Below are positions 50,801 through 59,501 of a stretch of DNA of 64,000 nt, piece after piece; positions within the stretch are counted from its first letter, which is position 1, and each line of letters opens with the position of its first letter. The stretch lies in NCBI GenBank assembly GCA_900548585.1, contig URLI01000001.1, forward strand, positions 24,529 through 88,528, in the 5' to 3' direction. Source of the DNA: an uncultured Prevotella sp. (GTDB taxonomy: Bacteria > Bacteroidota > Bacteroidia > Bacteroidales > Bacteroidaceae). Both the position numbers and the translations under genes were made by a program. The notes under the pieces were generated by a model. It ran no database searches, was not told the DNA's origin, and saw nothing but the letters and a program-made list of their open reading frames with translations.

Positions 50801-51070
50801 CGCCTTGCGCACGCTGTTGCGCACCACTGGTTTCCCGATGTTCTCGTTCATCAGGTTTGCAAACTCGGCCTTGCTCATCTCGCCGGCCTCCATGGCCTTG
50901 ATGAGCATGTTCTCACTCGGCACACTTGCAAAATCAACTGATTTTGCCACATTCAGCGTCTTCACGTTCGTGGGGACAGCCTTCCGGGCAATCAGATTCT
51001 GAGCATGCAATGGCAGCGACAGCATTGCAGCAGCCGCGAACGCCAGTAAAAATGTTCTTTTTCTACTCAT
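47894..51070 (-). CDS. Large secreted surface protein with cleaved-adhesin (choice-of-anchor J)-like, FN3 and CARDB-like domains
   Basis: Signal peptide; DDWMVTP and DDWLVSPEL motifs; C-terminal IYTVDGKLV...GLYIINGQKVIVK. Confidence 0.8.
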   Translation of the reverse strand: MSRKRTFLLAFAAAAMLSLPLHAQNLIARKAVPTNVKTLNVAKSVDFASVPSENMLIKAMEAGEMSKAEFANLMNENIGKPVVRNSVRKAENVDVLPYINPIATEDAFNDLTIIDANNDASTWSFFSTEPCARYKYNKTNKGDDWMVTPGIKLVKDKNYVFSVDARQFGDVYPERMEVKMAKLDGEVTAESLSNGTVVIAETGFQGKEFVTLTNEFTAPDDGYYVFGVHAVSEPDNFYLYAKNIKVEAGLPETAPASPAVEVTPADGGLLKATVKVTAPDKNLKGDALSGNLSKIVVMRDGNTIKTYNDVAPGAENTFTDDQGITDGEHTYIAVAYDAAGEAGKISGEIKAYIGIDTPKAVENFACADKQDKVGLTWDRVTEGKDGHYMDPARVSYILYTVKFETIWGMTFPVLDQKIESLVDKTSFDYPFALDEGDQGMKTFGMQTSTVAGVNDDTKYANILVGKPDELPLIENFATQSFTHYWYVNGITSVFLSSNSSDGDGSAMILALSQYADPGVGYFSSGKININSANNPYLIFDAKAPSASANLSVWGSKNGGEFTKLKDITLSDTYTLNKIDLTSLKGGRYASVRFVSDFASVQDSLILDNIMVRDLYSDDLGVEISAPANAVAGENIAVNVKVINNGENNCNKYTVELYAKNKKVDSKEITEPLNAFKEKEIVFNYPTTIFDEDGDIVFNAKVLTETDLNPDNNEAETVVTLKHSSASAPENLQGEENDGSVKLTWEAPKNLNAEVTEDFEKYDKWIYDNVGDWTMIDQDRQYTGGFFQNTYYPHQQDQFAYIVWTPRDFTGDGTVDITNANPTMAPHSGEKALASIYSFSIKEDGSAGDFVANDDWLVSPELPGTAQTINFYTGFYDAGDGQNIYPQTYQVLSSSTGKEVADFTQIGQDHVTSTPWENVSVDLPEGAKYFAIRNISSADNAFIFLVDDITYTAGSEVVSYNIYVDGELTTSVDGATLEAVLNGIGNGEHTYAVTAVYKGGIESKPVIITLTTVGISSVSADGKPVDIYTVDGKLVRKQATSLEGLNGLYIINGQKVIVK

Positions 51071-51335
51071 AATTAATTCTTTTTTAGGTTAAACAAAATA
51101 TTGATAAATTAAGGTTTCTAATCGTGTTATATATTTTCAATGATATCGCATTCTTCCATTTGCTTTTCTCTGAATTGCCTCCCTGGCCACTCATGGATCA
51201 ATGGTCAAATTGATTAACTGGTGGCAAATTTAATTAAAAAAAACATCATTTCCAAATTTTACGGGACATTTTTTCAACTATAATTGCAAAAAAGTATATA
51301 AAAAGATTATTTTATGCCGTTTCGCCGGCATATTG

Positions 51336-51992
51336 TCAGAAAGCCGAAATGCAATTCCCGTCTGCGATGAAGTGTATGTCCATTCCGTTGAACGACATTC
51401 CATAAACGCGCCCCGGGTCATTCTGCACGCGCGGACGCGGGTCGAGTTCCAGTGCACCGACGAGTGCGCGCTGCTGTTCCGGCGTGAGTTTCTCACGCAG
51501 ATTGCCGCCAAGCGATACGCTCATTTTCCTCCATTCACTGCCGTCAACGAACCCGGAGTGCGCATCCTCCACGCTGTCGCAGAATCTTATGTAAGGCTTT
51601 ATGTCGAGTATCGGAGTGCCGTCCATTAGGTCGCCCCCGCTAACCGTTATCACCGGCCCGCGTTTCGCGTCGGTTTCCACCTTATTTATATATACGCACG
51701 ACAGTCCGATGGGGTTTGGGCGGAACGGCGAGCGGGTCGCGAACACCCCCATGCGCCTGTTGCCGCCGAGACGCGGAGGGCGCACGGTAAGTTTCCCGCG
51801 ATGCTCCTTGTTGGCGGAGAACAGCCATATTATCCACAGGTGGCTGAAGCCATCCAGTCCACGCACTGCATCCGGATTCCTGTATCTCGGCTCAAAGACT
51901 ATTTCCCCTGTCAGTTCCCTGACGAGCCCGCTCTGGCGCGGTATGCCGAACTTTGTCCCGAACGGCGAGTGGAAATATGCTATCGGTTCCAT
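51336..51992 (-). CDS. tsaA: tRNA m6t6A37 methyltransferase TrmO
   Basis: KFGIPRQ, GVFATRSPFRPNPIG and DGTPILDIKPY motifs. Confidence 0.92.
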   Translation of the reverse strand: MEPIAYFHSPFGTKFGIPRQSGLVRELTGEIVFEPRYRNPDAVRGLDGFSHLWIIWLFSANKEHRGKLTVRPPRLGGNRRMGVFATRSPFRPNPIGLSCVYINKVETDAKRGPVITVSGGDLMDGTPILDIKPYIRFCDSVEDAHSGFVDGSEWRKMSVSLGGNLREKLTPEQQRALVGALELDPRPRVQNDPGRVYGMSFNGMDIHFIADGNCISAF

Positions 51993-52122
51993 GTTATTCT
52001 GTTTTGATATTGAATGTAATCGCGTTCACCGCATTGCAAAATTAGTGAAATAAAATGGTTTCGCAGCATGATTTACATTGAAAATGACTATCTTTGCAGG
52101 AAAATAAATCATACGACCGGAA

Positions 52123-53430
52123 ATGGAAATGTTATTTGCCCTTGCCGGACTTGCCGCAGGAATCGTCATAGGCATACTCTACGGCAGGGGAAAGTCAGGC
52201 GCGCTCGCGGCAGAGGCCGGCATGCTTAGGCGGCAGATGGAAGACGAGCGGCGGCAGTACGAGGAAAGGCACCGCGAGGCAATGGACGTGCAGCAGGCAC
52301 GCTTCGGCGAGGTGATGGAAAAGGTGAAGGCGGAGATGAAAGATGCCGCCAACGAGATGCTCATGCAGCGGCAGAAGGAGTTTGCCGAGCAAAGCAACAC
52401 GCAGATAGGGAATGTCGTCAACCCGCTGCGGCAGTCCATCACCGAGATGCGTAAGGCCATGGACGACAACATGCTGCGCCAGACATCGATGACGAGCGAG
52501 ATGCGCACAGGCATCGAGAACATGATGCGGCAGAGCGAGGCGGCGAAGCGCAGCACGGAGGAACTCACACGCGCCTTCCGGAACGACACCAAGGCGCAGG
52601 GCGACTGGGGAGAGACGGTTCTCGACGAAATTCTCGAGTCGCAGGGACTGCGCCGGGGGATACACTATGAGACGCAGGCGACAATCCGCGACGCACGGGG
52701 CAACGTGATACGCCCGGAGGACGGGCACAACCTGCGGCCGGACATCATCATGCACCTCGACAAAAACCGCGAGCTGATAATCGACTCGAAGGTGTCGCTG
52801 TCGAGTTTCATCGACTTCGTTAACGCGGAGACACCAGAGGACAGGCAACGGCACCTGAAAGCGCACACCGAAAGCATACGCCGCCATGTGAAGGAACTTT
52901 CCGAAAAGGACTACTCGTCATACATACAGCCGCCGAAAGTGAAGATGGACTATGTGATAATGTTCATGCCGAACACCGGCGCATTGTGGACGGCGCTGAA
53001 AGCCCAGCCCGACCTGTGGCGCAAGGCAATGGAGCGCAACGTGTTCATCGCCGACGAGCAGACGCTGTTTGCCGCCATGCGGATAATCAACATGACATGG
53101 ACGCAGATAGCGCAGGCGGAGAACCACGAGAAGGTGTTCCGCCTGGCGGAGGAGATGGTCGACAGGGTCGGGAAGTTCGTCAAGACCTACGAGGAGATGG
53201 GCAGGCAGATAACACGCCTGCAAAAGGCATACGAGGACGGGGAGAAGAAACTCGCGCCGGGCGGGCAGAGCATCGTCACCACGTCTGTGAAACTGATAAG
53301 GCTCGGGGCAAAGCAAAACCCAAGGAACCCGGTGACTGCCGACGGCGCCGACGGCGCCGACGATGCACTGCCGGAAATGCCTGAAAAAGAGGAAGGCGAG
53401 CAAAAAGCGGAGGAAAATATCGCGACGTGA
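52123..53430 (+). CDS. rmuC: DNA recombination protein RmuC
   Basis: N-terminal TM and coiled coil; QGDWGE, RPD, IIDSKVSL and DYVIMFMP motifs. Confidence 0.92.
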   Translation: MEMLFALAGLAAGIVIGILYGRGKSGALAAEAGMLRRQMEDERRQYEERHREAMDVQQARFGEVMEKVKAEMKDAANEMLMQRQKEFAEQSNTQIGNVVNPLRQSITEMRKAMDDNMLRQTSMTSEMRTGIENMMRQSEAAKRSTEELTRAFRNDTKAQGDWGETVLDEILESQGLRRGIHYETQATIRDARGNVIRPEDGHNLRPDIIMHLDKNRELIIDSKVSLSSFIDFVNAETPEDRQRHLKAHTESIRRHVKELSEKDYSSYIQPPKVKMDYVIMFMPNTGALWTALKAQPDLWRKAMERNVFIADEQTLFAAMRIINMTWTQIAQAENHEKVFRLAEEMVDRVGKFVKTYEEMGRQITRLQKAYEDGEKKLAPGGQSIVTTSVKLIRLGAKQNPRNPVTADGADGADDALPEMPEKEEGEQKAEENIAT

Positions 53431-53513
53431 CGCAAAAAACGCACGTTATGTTTGGAAATATAAAATAATTGACTTACCTTTGCACCCGCTTTGACAAAGC
53501 AACCACCAAACAC

Positions 53514-53588
53514 GGTGCCCGTAGTTCAGTTGGTTAGAGCGTCAGATTGTGGTTCTGAATGTCGTCGGTTCGAATCCGACCGGGCACC
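53514..53588 (+). tRNA. tRNA-His (GTG)
   Basis: G-1 plus GTGCCCG/CGGGCAC acceptor stem; anticodon arm TCAGA-TTGTGGT-TCTGA; GGTTCGAATCC T-arm; TACCTTTG box upstream. Confidence 0.96.
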
Positions 53589-53601
53589 CACGGAAAAGGA
53601 A

Positions 53602-53641
53602 GCGGAAACCATTTTATTTCAATGGCTTCCGCCTTTGTTTT
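53602..53641 (+). terminator. Terminator after tRNA-His
   Basis: GCGGAAACCATT...AATGGCTTCCGC followed by a T-rich tail. Confidence 0.65.
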
Positions 53642-53814
53642 GTATATCACAATATGGGCAGACAGAGGTCATTTCCGCCACATGCACCGAATTGATGGTG
53701 CTTTACACCACCTACTCTGATTTCAGGCGCGGAGTTGACGAACTGCTGAACAGGGTGATGGAAAGGATATGGAAATAAAAAGGGTTGTCTCAATGGCTAC
53801 CCTTTTATGTGTTT

Positions 53815-54087
53815 TTATTCTAATATCAAATCTTCTTTACTATGATATTCATAGATTTTCGATTTGGGATTATAACATTGATATTTCATTATATCATATT
53901 CATATTTTATAATCTCCACTTCCACGTGAGTTGATTTCACAATAGCCTTCTTGTCAGGAAGTGGAATGAAATTTGAAAAATACTCTTTCAACTTGCTAAC
54001 ATCGTTTGTCATTCCCCATAGTTTGAAGAAGAGAATGATTTGCAGAATCCCAAATACGATGATTATTACCGATACAAATGCTTCCAT
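53815..54087 (-). CDS. Small single-TM hypothetical protein, probably of mobile origin
   Basis: FGILQIILFFKLWGMTNDV TM segment; AT-rich. Confidence 0.65.
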   Translation of the reverse strand: MEAFVSVIIIVFGILQIILFFKLWGMTNDVSKLKEYFSNFIPLPDKKAIVKSTHVEVEIIKYEYDIMKYQCYNPKSKIYEYHSKEDLILE

Positions 54088-54165
54088 ATTGAATTCTATT
54101 TTATCGTTTACTCCGCAAAAGTAGGTATTATTCTTAACAAGTGCAACTATTTCACTGATTTTACT

Positions 54166-55023
54166 CTATTTTTTTTTATTATCAGGTAAGAACTTTCTGA
54201 ACCTCTGTTCAATGTTCTTTGTGTCAAGTACCTTTAACTGTTCTTTTGCCATTTTATGGAGAACCTCAAAGCGTTGTTCCCTTGGCAACCCTTGCTTTAT
54301 CATTTCTGAATTAGCAGACTCCATGTTAGATAGCACCACCAATTGATTAATACTTGCAGTTTCTCTAATATTCAGCCCTTTAGATACCAACTTTGGATTT
54401 GCCTCATTCCATTCCTTTGCCTTGCATCCAAAGAGAATTATATTAAGCATATCAGCTTCCGTTGCGTAAATAATTCCTTGTTTGATAGATTGAATATTCA
54501 TTTTTGGAATAATCACGTTTTTGATAGCGTCGGTATGAAGTGCATAATTGGTCTTGGAGAGTATTCGCTTTGCGTTCCATTCAAGTGAAAGCGGGCTGCT
54601 TTCCTGCTCCTTTAATCTTTGATATTCCTTTACAATGTAAAGTTGGAATGTAGGACTAATCCACATGCCAAAGTTGAATGCAATGTCCCTATGTGCATAA
54701 GTGCCTCCATTTCGTCCTGCTTTAGATACAATACCAATTGCATTGGTAGCGTCTATCCATTTTCTTGGGGTCATATTAAATCTGTTCAATCCTGCTTCTT
54801 TCATAAAGGTGTCGAATTCGACACCTTTAAAGTCTGGGTTATTTAGGCTTTCCCAAACGCCAAGATATTCTAAGGTGTTTTTGTTTCTCATCCAATTGCG
54901 AATATGGTCTTCCCCCTCATTGGCTCTCACCATATCCGTCAGACTGATGTAGTCGTTATCATCTTTTCCTATAAGCACGGATATTTCCGTGTTCTGCACC
55001 GTTATTTTCTTTGATGTATTCAT
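54166..55023 (-). CDS. KilA-N domain DNA-binding protein
   Basis: DYISLTDM, NWMRNKNTLEYLGVWE and GGTYAHRDIAFNFGMWISP motifs. Confidence 0.9.
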   Translation of the reverse strand: MNTSKKITVQNTEISVLIGKDDNDYISLTDMVRANEGEDHIRNWMRNKNTLEYLGVWESLNNPDFKGVEFDTFMKEAGLNRFNMTPRKWIDATNAIGIVSKAGRNGGTYAHRDIAFNFGMWISPTFQLYIVKEYQRLKEQESSPLSLEWNAKRILSKTNYALHTDAIKNVIIPKMNIQSIKQGIIYATEADMLNIILFGCKAKEWNEANPKLVSKGLNIRETASINQLVVLSNMESANSEMIKQGLPREQRFEVLHKMAKEQLKVLDTKNIEQRFRKFLPDNKKK

Positions 55024-55041
55024 ATTTTTACTCCTTACCTT

Positions 55042-55171
55042 TCAGTTCTCCGACAATCTTTTCCAGTTCAACACTGCCTTTTCTTTAATTGTGTCGAATT
55101 CGCCACAATTAAAATTTGGATTATTCAGAAAATTTTGTGTTGAGAATAGGAAGTTTCCTAATTTTACTCAT
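55042..55171 (-). pseudogene. Decayed KilA-N paralogue fragment
   Basis: MSKIRKLPILNTKFS, then in a shifted frame LNNPNFNCGEFDTIKEKAVLN, matching LNNPDFKGVEFDTFMKEAGLN of the adjacent gene. Confidence 0.65.
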
Positions 55172-55265
55172 ATTCTTCTCTTTTTTCAACTCCCTGAGTA
55201 TCCTTGCCAATTCGCTAATATCGTAAGTATCATAACTGGTCATCATATTGAAGCCTATTGAGTAA

Positions 55266-55571
55266 CTATCCTATTGGCTTTGAAATGTCTATGCGCAATC
55301 CGAGAGAGTTGACAAGGCGAAAGAATAGTCCTACTCCAGGCTCAATCAATCCGTTTTCTATTTTTGATATGTATGACTTGGTAGTGCCTGCTTTCTTTGC
55401 CAATTCGGTTTGCGTCATTTTTGCTTCCTTGCGTGCTTGTAAAAGGATTTGCGAGGCATAAAAAGCCTTTGCCTCATTTTCAAACTGTAAACGTTGCGGT
55501 GTACCCTCCTTGCCGTATTTCGCATCCAGCACGAGGTCGTAGTCTTCAATCTTGTGGTTGTTTGTCTTCAT
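55266..55571 (-). CDS. XRE-family HTH antitoxin (HigA-like)
   Basis: MTQTELAKKAGTTKSYISKIENG HTH; overlaps the toxin stop. Confidence 0.88.
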   Translation of the reverse strand: MKTNNHKIEDYDLVLDAKYGKEGTPQRLQFENEAKAFYASQILLQARKEAKMTQTELAKKAGTTKSYISKIENGLIEPGVGLFFRLVNSLGLRIDISKPIG

Positions 55572-55881
55572 AATATGCCTCCTTTATCTTTAGTGCTTTT
55601 TCTATTTCTTGTCTGGGTGTTTTCTTTGTCTTCTTGTGAAAGCCATTGAACAGCACCACGATTTGTCCGTTGTCAAAAATAAAGAACACACGGTAGATAT
55701 TGCTCCCGTATTCAATTCGCAATTCAAACAATCCATCTCTGATCGCTTTGACAAACTTTGACGAAAGTCTTTCCTGTGTTTTCAGTAGCTGCAAGGCGTA
55801 GTCTATCTTTCGCTGCACTTTCTCATCCAGCGTCTGCATGAATGCCTGAAAATAGCCACCGTATGTTCTTATTCGTCTCAT
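55546..55881 (-). CDS. RelE/ParE family toxin (Gp49/HigB-like)
   Basis: GLFELR, YRVFF and LFNGFHKKTKKTP motifs; toxin-first order. Confidence 0.88.
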   Translation of the reverse strand: MRRIRTYGGYFQAFMQTLDEKVQRKIDYALQLLKTQERLSSKFVKAIRDGLFELRIEYGSNIYRVFFIFDNGQIVVLFNGFHKKTKKTPRQEIEKALKIKEAYYEDKQPQD

Positions 55882-56062
55882 ACTGCAAAAGTAGCAAAAG
55901 TTTCTATATATAACAACATTTTCCGCTGTTTTTTTTTACCGTATAGTAAAATTAGGAATTATCGCAGAGTCAACCAGCAAAAAACCTCGCTGAAAAGATT
56001 TCCCCTCATAATATCGTTATAACCAAAAAAAAACGTAACTTTGCAAACCGCATTATGAGAAT

Positions 56063-57139
56063 ATGATGGACGAGAAGGACAGGAAACCACTGCTGGGAAT
56101 GACACCGGACGAGATGAGAGACGAGGTGACATCGCTCGGGATGCCTGCATTCACAGCAAGGCAGATCGCGGAGTGGATATACCGCAAGGGCGTGGAAGAC
56201 ATCGGGGAGATGACCAACATATCGAAGAAGAACCGCGAGCTGCTGGCACAGAGGTTCGTCACGGGAAGGTCAAAGGCCATTGCCGCACAGACTTCCGCCG
56301 ACGGGACACGCAAATACCTGTTCCCCGCAGGCATCGGCAATGCCACGGTGGAGGCGGTGTATATCCCCGACGGGGAACGCGCCACGCTGTGCGTCTCGTG
56401 CCAGGTGGGATGCAAGATGAACTGCCTGTTCTGCCAGACAGGCAAGCAGGGCTTCGAGGGGCAACTCACCGCAGCCGCGATACTCAACCAGGTTTACTCG
56501 CTGCCAGAGAGCGGCAAACTCACCAACGTGGTGTTCATGGGACAGGGAGAACCGATGGACAACCTCGACAACGTGTTGCGCGCAACCGAGACACTCACCG
56601 CCGAATACGGATGGGCATGGAGCCCCAAGCGCATAACCGTGAGCACGGTCGGGGTGAGGGGCAAACTGAAACGCTTCCTCGACGAGAGCCGCTGCCATCT
56701 GGCAATAAGCCTGCACTCGCCGTTCCACGAGCAGCGCCTGCGCCTAATGCCCGCCGAGAGGGCAATGCCGATAGAGGACACCGTGGCCCTGCTGAGGCAA
56801 TACGACTTCAGCGGGCAGCGGAGGCTGTCGTTCGAGTACATCGTGCTCGGCGGAGAGAACGACACCACGGAGCACGCCAGGGCTATCGTCAGGCTGCTTT
56901 CAGGAATGGAGTGCCGCGTCAACCTTATCAGGTTCCACCAGATACCAGGAGTGCCGCTGCACGGGGCAAGCGACGGCAGGATTGAGGAAATGCGCGACTA
57001 TCTCACCGCACACGGCATATTCACGACGATACGCGCGTCGCGCGGACAGGACATACTTGCCGCGTGCGGGCTGCTCAACACCAAGTACAAAGACCGTCAG
57101 GATGAGGAAGCCCACGGAAGACGGGAACAACAAGAATAA
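56063..57139 (+). CDS. rlmN: 23S rRNA A2503 C2-methyltransferase
   Basis: CKMNCLFC radical SAM motif; MGQGEP, ISLH and AACG motifs. Confidence 0.95.
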   Translation: MMDEKDRKPLLGMTPDEMRDEVTSLGMPAFTARQIAEWIYRKGVEDIGEMTNISKKNRELLAQRFVTGRSKAIAAQTSADGTRKYLFPAGIGNATVEAVYIPDGERATLCVSCQVGCKMNCLFCQTGKQGFEGQLTAAAILNQVYSLPESGKLTNVVFMGQGEPMDNLDNVLRATETLTAEYGWAWSPKRITVSTVGVRGKLKRFLDESRCHLAISLHSPFHEQRLRLMPAERAMPIEDTVALLRQYDFSGQRRLSFEYIVLGGENDTTEHARAIVRLLSGMECRVNLIRFHQIPGVPLHGASDGRIEEMRDYLTAHGIFTTIRASRGQDILAACGLLNTKYKDRQDEEAHGRREQQE

Positions 57140-57163
57140 CAGGAAAAAGAAAAAGAACATAAT

Positions 57164-58267
57164 ATGGAAAACAGGAAAATACGCATCGCCATAACGCACG
57201 GCGACACCAATGGAACAGGTTACGAATTGATATTCAAGGCTTTCGCAGAGCCAGGGATGCTCGAACTTTGCACACCAGTGATATACGGCTCGCCGAAGGT
57301 GGCCGCATACCACCGCAACGTGCTCGACGTGCAGGCCAATTTCTGTATAATAAACAACGCGGAGGAGACACAGGACGGACGGCTCAACCTGCTGACGGTG
57401 CTCGAGGACGACACAAAGGTGGAGATGGGAACACCGACAGCAGAGTCAGGAGAGGCTGCCGTGAAGGCACTCAACATGGCCATCAGCGACTGCCAGAAAG
57501 GATTAGTCGACGCAATAGCAGGGGCGCCGGTTGGCGAGAGCAACTTCAGATTAGGCAACACTGACTGCAAAGACCAGGCCACACTGTTGGAGAAGACCGT
57601 GGGCGAAGGGAGAGAAGCCCTGCGAATGATTGTCGGGAAAAAAATGAGGATCGCATTCGCGACGACAGACATGCCACTCAAGGAGGTGGCACAGGCAATA
57701 ACCACCGAGCTCGTGGAGCAAAAGGCGGCGGCGCTGCACGAAACACTGCTCAGGGACTTCCGCCTGTCGAACCCGCGCATAGCAATACTTGCGCTGAACC
57801 CAACGGAAGAAAGCGGCAGCGGGGCAGAAAGCGAGGAAACGACGATACTGAGGCCAGCGATGGAGAAACTCGAGGCCGACGGCAAGCAGGTGTTCGGCCC
57901 CTACCCGGCGGAAAGGTTCTTCGGCGAGGCGCAGTACACGGCATTCGACGGCATACTGGCAATGTACAAGGATCAGGGGACGATAGCATTCCGCACCATC
58001 GAGCAGGAAAACGGGGTCAGGGTATGCGCCGCGATGCCGGTGGTGATGACAATGCCGGACATTGGGCCGGAGTTCAGGAAGGCCGGGAGTGGCGAGGCTG
58101 ACGGACAGACGATGCGCAACGCCATATACTCGGCGATCGACATGGCGCGCAACCGCGCCGACTATGACGGGGCGAGGAAAGACCCGCTGAGGAAACTATA
58201 CCACGAGAGACGCGACGAGAGCGACAAGGCACGCTTCAACATACCTAAGAGACAGGCGGCGGAATAG
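57164..58267 (+). CDS. pdxA: PdxA family protein with a degenerate active site
   Basis: GDTNG, PRIAILALNP, GPYPA and AMYxDQG framework present; catalytic His residues absent. Confidence 0.8.
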   Translation: MENRKIRIAITHGDTNGTGYELIFKAFAEPGMLELCTPVIYGSPKVAAYHRNVLDVQANFCIINNAEETQDGRLNLLTVLEDDTKVEMGTPTAESGEAAVKALNMAISDCQKGLVDAIAGAPVGESNFRLGNTDCKDQATLLEKTVGEGREALRMIVGKKMRIAFATTDMPLKEVAQAITTELVEQKAAALHETLLRDFRLSNPRIAILALNPTEESGSGAESEETTILRPAMEKLEADGKQVFGPYPAERFFGEAQYTAFDGILAMYKDQGTIAFRTIEQENGVRVCAAMPVVMTMPDIGPEFRKAGSGEADGQTMRNAIYSAIDMARNRADYDGARKDPLRKLYHERRDESDKARFNIPKRQAAE

Positions 58268-58320
58268 GAAGGCGGCAACAGCAGGTTGCTCGCAGGCTCA
58301 CGCTAACATAATAGACCGGA

Positions 58321-59325
58321 ATGAAAAAGAAATACCAGAACGCGTTCTTCGTCTTCGGACTGGTTCTGCTCGTTGTGATGATAACCCAGCTTGATTTCGT
58401 GCAGGTATGGGAGGGCCTCCGCCACGCAGGCTACTGGTTCATCGCCGTGCTGGCATTGTGGTTTTTCCTCTATTTCTTCAACACCACGTCATGGTACATC
58501 ATAATAAGAAGCACCGCCGCTCACCAAGGCGAGGGGGACAAGATACCGTTCATGTGGCTATACAAGGTGATGGTGTCCGGGTTCGCGCTCAACTATGCCA
58601 CCCCGGGAGGACTGATGGGGGGCGAGCCTTACCGCATAATGGAACTGTCGCCACACATCGGCGCAGAGCGGGCGTCGTCGTCGGTGATACTGCACACGAT
58701 GACTCACATCTTCAGCCACCTGTGGTTCTGGCTGCTGTCAGTGGTGATTTACATCGCCTCCGAGACCGTAACGCCGTTCATGGCAGGCCTGCTCGCCGCC
58801 GTGACGGCCTTCTGCGCCATCGGAATATGGTTCTTCATGAAAGGCTACCGCAAGGGCCTTGCCAACCGCGCCATGGCACTCCTTAGCCGTATCCCGGGGG
58901 CGAAGCGCAGGGCGAGGCGCTTCATCGAGACACACCACGGCCAACTCGACAACATCGACAGGCAGATAGCGGCGCTCCACAGGCAGAACCCGCGCACCTT
59001 CTGGGGCGCGCTGCTCCTCGAGCTCGCGTGCCGTTTCGCCTCGGCGCTCGAGGTGATGTTTGTCCTGCTCGTCATCATGCCGTCGGTCAGCTACCTGCAA
59101 TGCGTCCTTATACTTGCGTTCACCAGCCTGTTCGCCAACCTGCTGTTCTTCATGCCGTTGCAGATCGGCGGCCGCGAGGGAGGCTTCATGATGTCGGCTT
59201 CCGGGCTCGCGCTCACCTCTTCCGCCGGGATATTCGTGGCACTCATCGTCCGGCTGCGCGAACTGTTCTGGACCGCTATGGGAATGTTGCTCATAAAGGT
59301 TGGAAAGCGCGCAAAGACTCGCTGA
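58321..59325 (+). CDS. Lysylphosphatidylglycerol synthase TM-domain (flippase-like) membrane protein
   Basis: NYATPGGLMGGEPYR and PLQIGGREGG motifs; multi-TM. Confidence 0.82.
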   Translation: MKKKYQNAFFVFGLVLLVVMITQLDFVQVWEGLRHAGYWFIAVLALWFFLYFFNTTSWYIIIRSTAAHQGEGDKIPFMWLYKVMVSGFALNYATPGGLMGGEPYRIMELSPHIGAERASSSVILHTMTHIFSHLWFWLLSVVIYIASETVTPFMAGLLAAVTAFCAIGIWFFMKGYRKGLANRAMALLSRIPGAKRRARRFIETHHGQLDNIDRQIAALHRQNPRTFWGALLLELACRFASALEVMFVLLVIMPSVSYLQCVLILAFTSLFANLLFFMPLQIGGREGGFMMSASGLALTSSAGIFVALIVRLRELFWTAMGMLLIKVGKRAKTR

Positions 59326-59418
59326 GCCTGCGGGCATTTTCCCGCAATGCCGCGCCTTGTCACAAACCGCACTGCGGAAGCCATCAGACCGCGCTGCCGT
59401 TTGTATGCCCTCACAGTG

Positions 59419-59501
59419 CAAACACGCCGAATTTGGTGAACAATCACGCCGAATTTGTTGAGCAAACACGCCGTAATTGGTCACCAAACACGCCGTAATT
59501 G
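59419..59501. repeat. 22-bp-period array E (4 units, CAAACACGCCGAATTTG)
   Basis: Cores at 59419, 59441, 59463 and 59485. Confidence 0.95.

Noticed and set aside
53491..53778. 95-aa ORF as an intact gene
   Set aside because: Runs through tRNA-His and its terminator; only the 3' part may be a gene remnant.
2220..59501. 22-bp arrays as CRISPR arrays or plasmid iterons
   Set aside because: Linkers are only 5 bp and often identical; no cas or rep gene; arrays are scattered among core genes.
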